A stretch of 64,000 nt of DNA from Eledone cirrhosa (taxonomy: Eukaryota): contig OZ024744.1 in the NCBI GenBank assembly GCA_964016885.1, forward strand, positions 8,866,001-8,930,000, in the 5' to 3' direction. Both the position numbers and the translations under genes were made by a program. The number at the start of each line of letters is the position of its first letter. Position 1 is the first letter of the stretch. Below are positions 1 through 11,200 of this stretch, in pieces. The notes below the pieces were generated by a model. That model was given only the letters and a program-made list of their open reading frames with translations, searched no databases and was not told the origin of the DNA.

Positions 1-540
1 TTTGCTGACATCAGCGTACATCTGTGCGCATATGTTAGTAGATATACGAAATTCTCTATATTTATCTCCAAATCACTTTGTCGAGCAAACCTGCCAAAAC
101 CAGTACTAAATTTTTGGTGTGTTAGTAGGCTTCTGTCATCTTACCATCCCACTCCTACCGACTAGCCTCAGTGTCACGTGATTGATTCTTTAGAATCTAC
201 CATTTGACCAGTGACAGCGAGATTTTCAGTGCATGGAATCCAGTACCCGCTAGCTGTTCCATTTACCGAATTATTATTATTTTTATATGAGTCCCCAGTG
301 TCCGCGCATTGCCTAGAGACTTAGCTGAGAATAGACCTCCATGATGACGCAATGAATTCTCAATAGTTTATTAAGTAACTGTCTTTATCCCATTGCAGAA
401 ACTAATTAGTTGGAGTGAAAATTTTATTAAAAAGTTAATTTTTAAAATTTTTTTTTAATTTTCTTCTTTTACGTCTTTTATATTATTGTTCTGCATCCTC
501 CTGCATTGAACCACCTAGGTACTATGACATAACGTGTGTA
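1..540. repeat. Representative monomer (arbitrary phase)
   Basis: 1-540 aligns end to end with 541-1081. Length differences (540 vs 541) arise in the T/A tract at ~435-460. Confidence 0.97.
400..411. repeat. Perfect 12-bp palindrome AACTAATTAGTT, one per monomer
   Basis: Self-reverse-complementary. Intact in nearly all copies; variants aactaataagtt at ~48952, ~51113, ~54347, ~57585, ~63000 and gactaattagtt at ~58127. Confidence 0.9.
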
Positions 541-587
541 TTTGCTGACATTAGCGTACATCTGTGCGCATATGTTAGTAGATATAC
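536..587 (+). other. 52-nt stem-loop present in essentially every monomer (candidate structured-RNA hairpin)
   Basis: gtgtatttgctgacat (536-551) pairs with atgttagtagatatac (572-587), giving 12 WC + 4 G·U. A 2x2 internal loop follows, then gcgtac (554-559) pairs with gtgcgc (564-569), giving 5 WC + 1 U·G. Folded by hand; function unknown. Confidence 0.6.
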
Positions 588-3500
588 TAAATTATCTATA
601 TTTATCTCCAAATCACTTTGTCTAGCAAACCTTCCAAAACCACTACTAAATTTTTGGTGTGTTAGTAGGCTTCTGTCATCTTACCATCCCACTCCTGCCG
701 ACTAGCCTCATTGTCACGTGATTGATTCTTTAGAATCTACCATTTGACCAGTGACAGCGAGATTTTCAGTGCATGGAATCCAGTCCCCGCTAGCTGTTCC
801 ATTTACCGAATTATTATTATTTTTATATGAGTCCCCAGTGTCCGCGCATTGCCTGGAGACTTAGCTGAGAATAGACCTCCCTGATGACGCAATGAATTCT
901 CAACAGTTTATTAAGTAACTGTCTTTATCCCATTGCAGAAACTAATTAGTTGGAGTGAACATTTTAGTAAGTAAGTTAATTTTTAAAAAAATTTTTAAAT
1001 CTTCTTATTTTACGTCTTTTATATTATTGTTCTGCATCCTCCTGCATTCAACCACCTAGGTACTATGACATAACCTGTGTATTTGCTGACATTAGCGTAC
1101 ATCTGTGCGCATATGTTAGTAGATATACTAAATTCTCTATATTTATCTCCAAATCACTTTGTCGAGTAAACCTGCCACAACCACTACTAAATTTTTGGTG
1201 TGTTAGTAGGCTTCTGTCATCTTACCATCCCACTCCTACCGACTAGCCTCAGTGTCACGTGATTGATTTTTTAGAATCTACCATTTGACCAGTGACAGCG
1301 AGATTTTCAGTGCATGGAATCCAGTCCCCGCTAGCTGTTCCATTTACCGAATTATTATTATTTTTATATGAGTCCCCAGTGTCCGCGCATTGCCTGGAGA
1401 CTTAGCTGAGAATAGACCTCCCTGATGAGGCAATGAATTCTCAACAGTTTATTACGTAACTGTCTTTATCCCATTGCAGAAACTAATTAGTTGGAGTGAA
1501 AATTTTAGTAAGTAAGTTAATTTTTAAAAAGTTTTTTTAATTTTCTTATTTTACGTCTTTTATATTATTGTTCTGCATCCTCCTGCATTGAACCACCTAG
1601 GTACTATGACATATCCTGTGTATTTGCTGACATTAGCGTCCATCTGTGCGCATATGTTAGTAGATATACTAAATTCTCTATATTTATCTCCAAATCACTT
1701 TGTCGAGCAAACCTGCCAAAACCACTACTAAATTTTTGGTGTGTTAGTAGGCTTCTGTCATCTTACCATCCCACTCCTACCGACTAGCCTGAGTGTCACG
1801 TGATTGATTCTTTAGAATCTACCATTTGACCAGTGACAGCGAGATTTTCAGTGCATGGAATCCAGTCCCCGCTAGCTGTTCCATTTACCGAATTATTATT
1901 ATTTTTATATGAGTCCCCAGTGTCCGCGCATTGCCTGGAGACTTAGCTGAGAATAGACCTCCCTGGTGACGCAATGAATTCTCAACAGTTTATTACGTAA
2001 CTGTCTTTATCCCATTGCAGAAACTAATTAGTTGGAGTGAACATTTTAGTAAGTAAGTTAATTTTTAAAAAAATTTTTAAATCTTCTTATTTTACGTCTT
2101 TTATATTATTGTTCTGCATCCTCCTGCATTGAACCACCTAGGTACTATGACATAACCTGTGTATTTGCTGACATTAGCGTACATCTGTGCGCATATGTTA
2201 GTAGATATACTAAATTCTCTATATTTATCTCCAAATCACTTTGTCGAGTAAACCTGCCAAAACCACTACTAAATTTTTGGTGTGTTAGTAGGCTTCTGTC
2301 ATCTTACCATCCCACTCCTACCGACTAGCCTCAGTGTCACGTGATTGATTTTTTAGAATCTACCATTTGACCAGTGACAGCGAGATTTTCAGTGCATGGA
2401 ATCCAGTCCCCGCTAGCTGTTCCATTTACCGAATTATTATTATTTTTATATGAGTCCCCAATGTCCGCGCATTGCCTGGAGACTTAGCTGAGAATAGACC
2501 TCCCTGATGACGCAATGAATTCTCAACAGTTTATTACGTAACTGTCTTTATACCATTGCAGAAACTAATTAGTTGGAGTGAAAATTTTAGTAAGTAAGTT
2601 AATTTTTAAAAAGTTTTTTTAACTTTCTTATTTTACGTCTTTTATATTATTGTTCTGCATCCTCCTGCATTGAACCACCTAGGTACTATGACATAACCTG
2701 TGTATTTGCTGACATCAGCGTACATCTGTGCGCATATGTTAGTAGATATACGAAATTCTCTATATTTATCTCCAAATCACTTTGTCGAGCAAACCTGCCA
2801 AAACCAGTACTAAATTTTTGGTGTGTTAGTAGGCTTCTGTCATCTTACCATCCCACTCCTACCGACTAGCCTCAGTGTCACGTGATTGATTCTTTAGAAT
2901 CTACCATTTGACCAGTGACAGCGAGATTTTCAGTGCATGGAATCCAGTACCCGCTAGCTGTTACATTTACCGAATTATTATTATTTTTATATGAGTCCCC
3001 AGTGTCCGCGCATTGCCTAGAGACTTAGCTGAGAATAGACCTCCATGATGACGCAATGAATTCTCAATAGTTTATTAAGTAACTGTCTTTATCCCATTGC
3101 AGAAACTAATTAGTTGGAGTGAAAATTTTATTAAAAAGTTAATTTTTAAAATTTTTTTTAAATTTTCTTCTTTTACGTCTTTTATATTATTGTTCTGCAT
3201 CCTCCTGCATTGAACCACCTAGGTACTATGACATAACGTGTGTATTTGCTGACATTAGCGTACATCTGTGCGCATATGTTAGTAGATATACTAAATTATC
3301 TATATTTATCTCCAAATCACTTTGTCTAGCAAACCTTCCAAAACCACTACTAAATTTTTGGTGTGTTAGTAGGCTTCTGTCATCTTACCATCCCACTCCT
3401 GCCGACTAGCCTCATTGTCACGTGATTGATTCTTTAGAATCTACCATTTGACCAGTGACAGCGAGATTTTCAGTGCATGGAATCCAGTCCCCGCTAGCTG

Positions 3501-5899
3501 TTCCATTTACCGAATTATTATTATTTTTATATGAGTCCCCAGTGTCCGCGCATTGCCTGGAGACTTAGCTGAGAATAGACCTCCCTGATGACGCAATGAA
3601 TTCTCAACAGTTTATTAAGTAACTGTCTTTATCCCATTGCAGAAACTAATTAGTTGGAGTGAACATTTTAGTAAGTAAGTTAATTTTTGAAAAAATTTTT
3701 AAATCTTCTTATTTTACGTCTTTTATATTATTGTTCTGCATCCTCCTGCATTCAACCACCTAGGTACTATGACATAACCTGTGTATTTGCTGACATTAGC
3801 GTACATCTGTGCGCATATGTTAGTAGATATACTAAATTCTCTATATTTATCTCCAAATCACTTTGTCGAGTAAACCTGCCAAAACCACTACTAAATTTTT
3901 GGTGTGTTAGTAGGCTTCTGTCATCTTACCATCCCACTCCTACCGACTAGCCTCAGTGTCACGTGATTGATTTTTTAGAATCTACCATTTGACCAGTGAC
4001 AGCGAGATTTTCAGTGCATGGAATCCAGTCCCCGCTAGCTGTTCCATTTACCGAATTATTATTATTTTTATATGAGTCCCCAGTGTCCGCGCATTGCCTG
4101 GAGACTTAGCTGAGAATAGACCTCCCTGATGAGGCAATGAATTCTCAACAGTTTATTACGTAACTGTCTTTATCCCATTGCAGAAACTAATTAGTTGGAG
4201 TGAAAATTTTAGTAAGTAAGTTAATTTTTAAAAAGTTTTTTTAATTTTCTTATTTTACGTCTTTTATATTATTGTTCTGCATCCTCCTGCATTGAACCAC
4301 CTAGGTACTATGACATATCCTGTGTATTTGCTGACATTAGCGTCCATCTGTGCGCATATGTTAGTAGATATACTAAATTCTCTATATTTATCTCCAAATC
4401 ACTTTGTCGAGCAAACCTGCCAAAACCACTACTAAATTTTTGGTGTGTTAGTAGGCTTCTGTCATCTTACCATCCCACTCCTACCGACTAGCCTGAGTGT
4501 CACGTGATTGATTCTTTAGAATCTACCATTTGACCAGTGACAGCGAGATTTTCAGTGCATGGAATCCAGTCCCCGCTAGCTGTTCCATTTACCGAATTAT
4601 TATTATTTTTATATGAGTCCCCAATGTCCGCGCATTGCCTGGAGACTTAGCTGAGAATAGACCTCCCTGATGACGCAATGAATTCTCAACAGTTTATTAC
4701 GTAACTGTCTTTATCCCATTGCAGAAACTAATTAGTTGGAGTGAAAATTTTAGTAAGTAAGTTAATTTTTAAAAAGTTTTTTTAACTTTCTTATTTTACG
4801 TCTTTTATATTATTGTTCTGCATCCTCCTGCATTGAACCACCTAGGTACTATGACATAACCTGTGTATTTGCTGACATCAGCGTACATCTGTGCGCATAT
4901 GTTAGTAGATATACGAAATTCTCTATATTTATCTCCAAATCACTTTGTCGAGCAAACCTACCAAAACCAGTACTAAATTTTTGGTGTGTTAGTAGGCTTC
5001 TGTCATCTTACCATCCCACTCCTACCGACTAGCCTCAGTGTCACGTGATTGATTCTTTAGAATCTACCATTTGACCAGTGACAGCGAGATTTTCAGTGCA
5101 TGGAATCCAGTCCCCGCTAGCTGTTCCATTTACCGAATTATTATTATTTTTATATGAGTCCCCAGTGTCCGCGCATTGCCTAGAGACTTAGCTGAGAATA
5201 GACCTCCCTGATGACGCAATGAATTCTCAATAGTTTATTAAGTAACTGTCTTTATCCCATTGCAGAAACTAATTAGTTGGAGTGAAAATTTTATTAAAAA
5301 GTTAATTTTTAAAATTTTTTTTAAATTTTCTTCTTTTACGTCTTTTATATTATTGTTCTGCATCCTCCTGCATTGAACCACCTAGGTACTATGACATAAC
5401 GTGTGTATTTGCTGACATTAGCGTACATCTGTGCGCATATGTTAGTAGATATACTAAATTCTCTATATTTATCTCCAAATCACTTTGTCGAGCAAACCTT
5501 CCAAAACCACTACTAAATTTTTGGTGTGTTAGTAGGCTTCTGTCATCTTACCATCCCACTCCTGCCGACTAGCCTCATTGTCACGTGATTGATTCTTTAG
5601 AATCTACCATTTGACCAGTGACAGCGAGATTTTCAGTGTATGGAATCCAGTCCCCGCTAGCTGTTCCATTTACCGAATTATTATTATTTTTATATGAGTC
5701 CCCAGTGTCCGCGCATTGCCTGGAGACTTAGCTGAGAATAGACCTCCCTAATGACGCAATGAATTCTCAACAGTTTATTACGTAACTGTCTTTATCCCAT
5801 TGCAGAAACTAATTAGTTGGAGTGAAAATTTTAGTAAGTAAGTTAATTTTTAAAAAGTTTTTTTAACTTTCTTATTTTACGTCTTTTATATTATTGTTC

Positions 5900-8100
5900 T
5901 GCATCCTCCTGCATTGAACCACCTAGGTACTATGACATAACCTGTGTATTTGCTGACATCAGCGTACATCTGTGCGCATATGTTAGTAGATATACGAAAT
6001 TCTCTATATTTATCTCCAAATCACTTTGTCGAGCAAACCTGCCAAAACCAGTACTAAATTTTTGGTGTGTTAGTAGGCTTCTGTCATCTTACCATCCCAC
6101 TCCTACCGACTAGCCTCAGTGTCACGTGATTGATTCTTTAGAATCTACCATTTGACCAGTGACAGCGAGATTTTCAGTGCATGGAATCCAGTCCCCGCTA
6201 GCTGTTCCATTTACCGAATTATTATTATTTTTATATGAATCCCCAGTGTCCGCGCATTGCCTGGAGACTTAGCTGAGAATAGACCTCCCTGATGACGCAA
6301 TGAATTCTCAACAGTTTATTAAGTAACTGTCTTTATCCCATTGCAGAAACTAATTAGTTGGAGTGAACATTTTAGTAAGTAAGTTAATTTTTAAAAAATT
6401 TTTTAAATCTTCTTATTTTACGTCTTTTATATTATTGTTCTGCATCCTCCTGCATTGAACCACCTAGGTACTATGACATAACCTGTGTATTTGCTGATAT
6501 TAGCGTACATCTGTGCGCATATGTTAGTAGATATACTAAATTCTCTATATTTATCTCCAAATCACTTTGTCGAGTAAACCTGCCAAAACCACTACTAAAT
6601 TTTTGGTGTGTTAGTAGGCTTCTGTCATCTTACCATCCCACTCCTACCGACTAGCCTCAGTGTCACGTGATTGATTTTTTAGAATCTACCATTTGACCAG
6701 TGACAGCGAGATTTTCAGTGCATGGAATCCAGTCCCCGCTAGCTGTTCCATTTACCGAATTATTATTATTTTTATATGAGTCCCCAATGTCCGCGCATTG
6801 CCTGGAGACTTAGCTGAGAATAGACCTCCCTGATGACGCAATGAATTCTCAACAGTTTATTACGTAACTGTCTTTATCCCATTGCAGAAACTAATTAGTT
6901 GGAGTGAAAATTTTAGTAAGTAAGTTAATTTTTAAAAAGTTTTTTTAACTTTCTCATTTTACGTCTTTTATATTATTGTTCTGCATCCTCCTGCATTGAA
7001 CCACCTAGGTACTATGACATAACCTGTGTATTTGCTGACATCAGCGTACATCTGTGCGCATATGTTAGTAGATATACGAAATTCTCTATATTTATCTCCA
7101 AATCACTTTGTCGAGCAAACCTGCCAAAACCAGTACTAAATTTTTGGTGTGTTAGTAGGCTTCTGTCATCTTACCATCCCACTCCTACCGACTAGCCTCA
7201 GTGTCACGTGATTGATTCTTTAGAATCTACCATTTGACCAGTGACAGCGAGATTTTCAGTGCATGGAATCCAGTCCCCGCTAGCTGTTCCATTTACCGAA
7301 TTATTATTATTTTTATATGAATCCCCAGTGTCCGCGCATTGCCTGGAGACTTAGCTGAGAATAGACCTCCCTGATGACGCAATGAATTCTCAACAGTTTA
7401 TTAAGTAACTGTCTTTATCCCATTGCAGAAACTAATTAGTTGGAGTGAACATTTTAGTAAGTAAGTTAATTTTTAAAAAATTTTTTAAATCTTCTTATTT
7501 TACGTCTTTTATATTATTGTTCTGCATCCTCCTGCATTGAACCACCTAGGTACTATGACATAACCTGTGTATTTGCTGATATTAGCGTACATCTGTGCGC
7601 ATATGTTAGTAGATATACTAAATTCTCTATATTTATCTCCAAATCACTTTGTCGAGTAAACCTGCCAAAACCACTACTAAATTTTTGGTGTGTTAGTAGG
7701 CTTCTGTCATCTTACCATCCCACTCCTACCGACTAGCCTCAGTGTCACGTGATTGATTTTTTAGAATCTACCATTTGACCAGTGACAGCGAGATTTTCAG
7801 TGCATGGAATCCAGTCCCCGCTAGCTGTTCCATTTACCGAATTATTATTATTTTTATATGAGTCCCCAATGTCCGCGCATTGCCTGGAGACTTAGCTGAG
7901 AATAGACCTCCCTGATGACGCAATGAATTCTCAACAGTTTATTACGTAACTGTCTTTATCCCATTGCAGAAACTAATTAGTTGGAGTGAAAATTTTAGTA
8001 AGTAAGTTAATTTTTAAAAAGTTTTTTTAACTTTCTTATTTTACGTCTTTTATATTATTGTTCTGCATCCTCCTGCATTGAACCACCTAGGTACTATGAC
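5900..8100. repeat. Tandem dimer duplication (1081-bp unit)
   Basis: tatgaatcccc at ~6234 and ~7315; gctgatatt at ~6493 and ~7574. Confidence 0.8.
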
Positions 8101-8225
8101 ATAACCTGTGTATTTGCTGTCATCAGCGTACATCTGTGCGCATATGTTAGTAGATATACGAAATTCTCTATATTTATCTCCAAATCACTTTGTCGAGCAA
8201 ACCTGCCAAAACCAGTACTAAATTT

Positions 8226-11200
8226 TTGGTGTGTTAGTAGGCTTCTGTCATCTTACCATCCCACTCCTACCGACTAGCCTCAGTGTCACGTGATTGATTC
8301 TTTAGAATCTACCATTTGACCAGTGACAGCGAGATTTTCAGTGCATGGAATCCAGTCCCCGCTAGCTGTTCCATTTACCGAATTATTATTATTTTTATAT
8401 GAGTCCCCAGTGTCCGCGCATTGCCTAGAGACTTAGCTGAGAATAGACCTACCTGATGACGCAATGAATTCTCAATAGTTTATTAAGTAACTTTCTTTAT
8501 CCCATTGCAGAAACTAATTAGTTGGAGTGAAAATTTTATTAAAAAGTTAATTTTTTAAATTTTTTTTTAATTTTCTTCTTTTACGTCTTTTATATTATTG
8601 TTCTGCATCCTCCTGCATTGAACCACCTAGGTACTATGACATAACGTGTGTATTTGCTGACATTAGCGTACATCTGTGCGCATATGTTAGTAGATATACT
8701 AAATTCTCTATATTTATCTCCAAATCACTTTGTCTAGCAAACCTTCCAAAACCACTACTAAATTTTTGGTGTGTTAGTAGGCTTCTGTCATCTTACCATC
8801 CCACTCCTGCCGACTAGCCTCATTGTCACGTGATTGATTCTTTAGAATCTACCATTTGACCAGTGACAGCGAGATTTTCAGTGCATGGAATCCAGTCCCC
8901 GCTAGCTGTTCCATTTACCGAATTATTATTATTTTTATATGAGTCCCCAGTGTCCGCGCATTACCTGGAGACTTAGCTGAGAATAGACCTCCCTGATGAC
9001 GCAATGAATTCTCAACAGTTTATTAAGTAACTGTCTTTATCCCATTGCAGAAACTAATTAGTTGGAGTGAACATTTTAGTAAGTAAGTTAATTTTTAAAA
9101 AGTTTTTTAAATCTTCTTATTTTACGTCTTTTATATTATTGTTCTGCATCCTCCTGCATTCAACCACCTAGGTACTATGACATAACCTGTGTATTTGCTG
9201 ACATCAGCGTACATCTGTGCGCATATGTTAGTAGATATACGAAATTCTCTATATTTATCTCCAAATCACTTTGTCGAGCAAACCTGCCAAAACCAGTACT
9301 AAATTTTTGGTGTGTTAGTAGGCTTCTGTCATCTTACCATCCCACTCCTACCGACTAGCCTCAGTGTCACGTGATTGATTCTTTAGAATCTACCATTTGA
9401 CCAGTGACAGCGAGATTTTCAGTGCATGGAATCCAGTCCCCGCTAGCTGTTCCATTTACCGAATTATTATTATTTTTATATGAGTCCCCAGTGTCCGCGC
9501 ATTGCCTAGAGACTTAGCTGAGAATAGACCTCCCTGATGACGCAATGAATTCTCAATAGTTTATTAAGTAACTGTCTTTATCCCATTGCAGAAACTAATT
9601 AGTTGGAGAGAAAATTTTATTAAAAAGTTAATTTTTTAAATTTTTTTTAAATTTTCTTCTTTTACGTCTTTTATATTATTGTTCTGCATCCTCCTGCATT
9701 CAACCACCTAGGTACTATGACATAACCTGTGTATTTGCTGACATTAGCGTACATCTGTGCGCATATGTTAGTAGATATACTAAATTCTCTATATTTATCT
9801 CCAAATCACTTTGTCGAGTAAACCTGCCAAAACCACTACTAAATTTTTGGTGTGTTAGTAGGCTTCTGTCATCTTACCATCCCACTCCTACCGACTAGCC
9901 TCAGTGTCACGTGATTGATTTTTTAGAATCTACCATTTGACCAGTGACAGCGAGATTTTCAGTGCATGGAATCCAGTCCCCGCTAGCTGTTCCATTTACC
10001 GAATTATTATTATTTTTATATGAGTCCCCAGTGTCCGCGCATTGCCTGGAGACTTAGCTGAGAATAGACCTCCCTGATGACGCAATGAATTCTCAACAGT
10101 TTATTACGTAACTGTCTTTATCCCATTGCAGAAACTAATTAGTTGGAGTGAACATTTTAGTAAGTAAGTTAATTTTTAAAAAATTTTTTAAATCTTCTTA
10201 TTTTACGTCTTTTATATTATTGTTCTGCATCCTCCTGCATTGAACCACCTAGGTACTATGACATAACCTGTGTATTTTCAGACATTAGCGTCCATCTGTG
10301 CGCATATGTTAGTAGATATACGAAATTCTCTATATTTATCTCCAAATCACTTTGTCGGGCAAACCTGCCAAAACGAGTACTAAATTTTTGGTGTGTTAGT
10401 AGGCTTCTGTCATCTTACCATCCCACTCCTACCGACTAGCCTCAGTGTCACGTGATTGATTCTTTAGAATCTACCATTTGACCAGTGACAGCGAGATTTT
10501 CAGTGCATGGAATCCAGTCCCCGCTAGCTGTTCCATTTACCGAATTATTATTATTTTTATATGAGTCCCCAGTGTCCGCGCATTGCCTAGAGACTTAGCT
10601 GAGAATAGACCTCCCTGATGACGCAATGAATTCTCAATAGTTTATTAAGTAACTGTCTTTATCCCATTGCAGAAACTAATTAGTTGGAGTGAAAATTTTA
10701 TTAAAAAGTTAATTTTTTAACGTTTTTTTAAATTTTCTTCTTTTACGTCTTTTATATTATTGTTCTGCATCCTCCTGCATTGAACCACCTAGGTACTATG
10801 ACATAACGTGTGTATTTGCTGACATTAGCGTACATCTGTGCGCATATGTTAGTAGATATACTAAATTCTCTATATTTATCTCCAAATCACTTTGTCTAGC
10901 AAACCTTCCAAAACCACTACTAAATTTTTGGTGTGTTAGTAGGCTTCTGTCATCTTACCATCCCACTCCTGCCGACTAGCCTCATTGTCACGTGATTGAT
11001 TCTTTAGAATCTACCATTTGACCAGTGACAGCGAGATTTTCAGTGCATGGAATCCAGTCCCCGCTAGCTGTTCCATTTACCGAATTATTATTATTTTTAT
11101 ATGAGTCCCCAGTGTCCGCGCATTGCCTGGAGACTTAGCTGAGAATAGACCTCCCTGATGACGCAATGAATTCTCAACAGTTTATTAAGTAACTGTCTTT

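Larger units (their letters stand above)
1..4615. repeat. Duplication with 2704-bp (5-monomer) offset: 1..~1910 repeated at 2705..~4615
   Basis: Rare variants cagtacccg (~241/~2945), ctccatgatg (~337/~3041), attatctata (~591/~3295) and gatgagg (~1424/~4128) all recur 2704 bp apart. Confidence 0.85.

Noticed and set aside
223-229. TTTTCAG strong 3' splice-acceptor-like motif
   Set aside because: It is a short motif expected by chance in AT-rich DNA, with no convincing nearby donor partner.
269-288. (ATT)n microsatellite
   Set aside because: Only about four units, invariant, and simply part of the monomer.
1-540. MITE/Helitron-derived unit
   Set aside because: No terminal inverted repeats, target-site duplications or element ends can be defined. 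An origin from a transposon cannot be excluded without the array edges.
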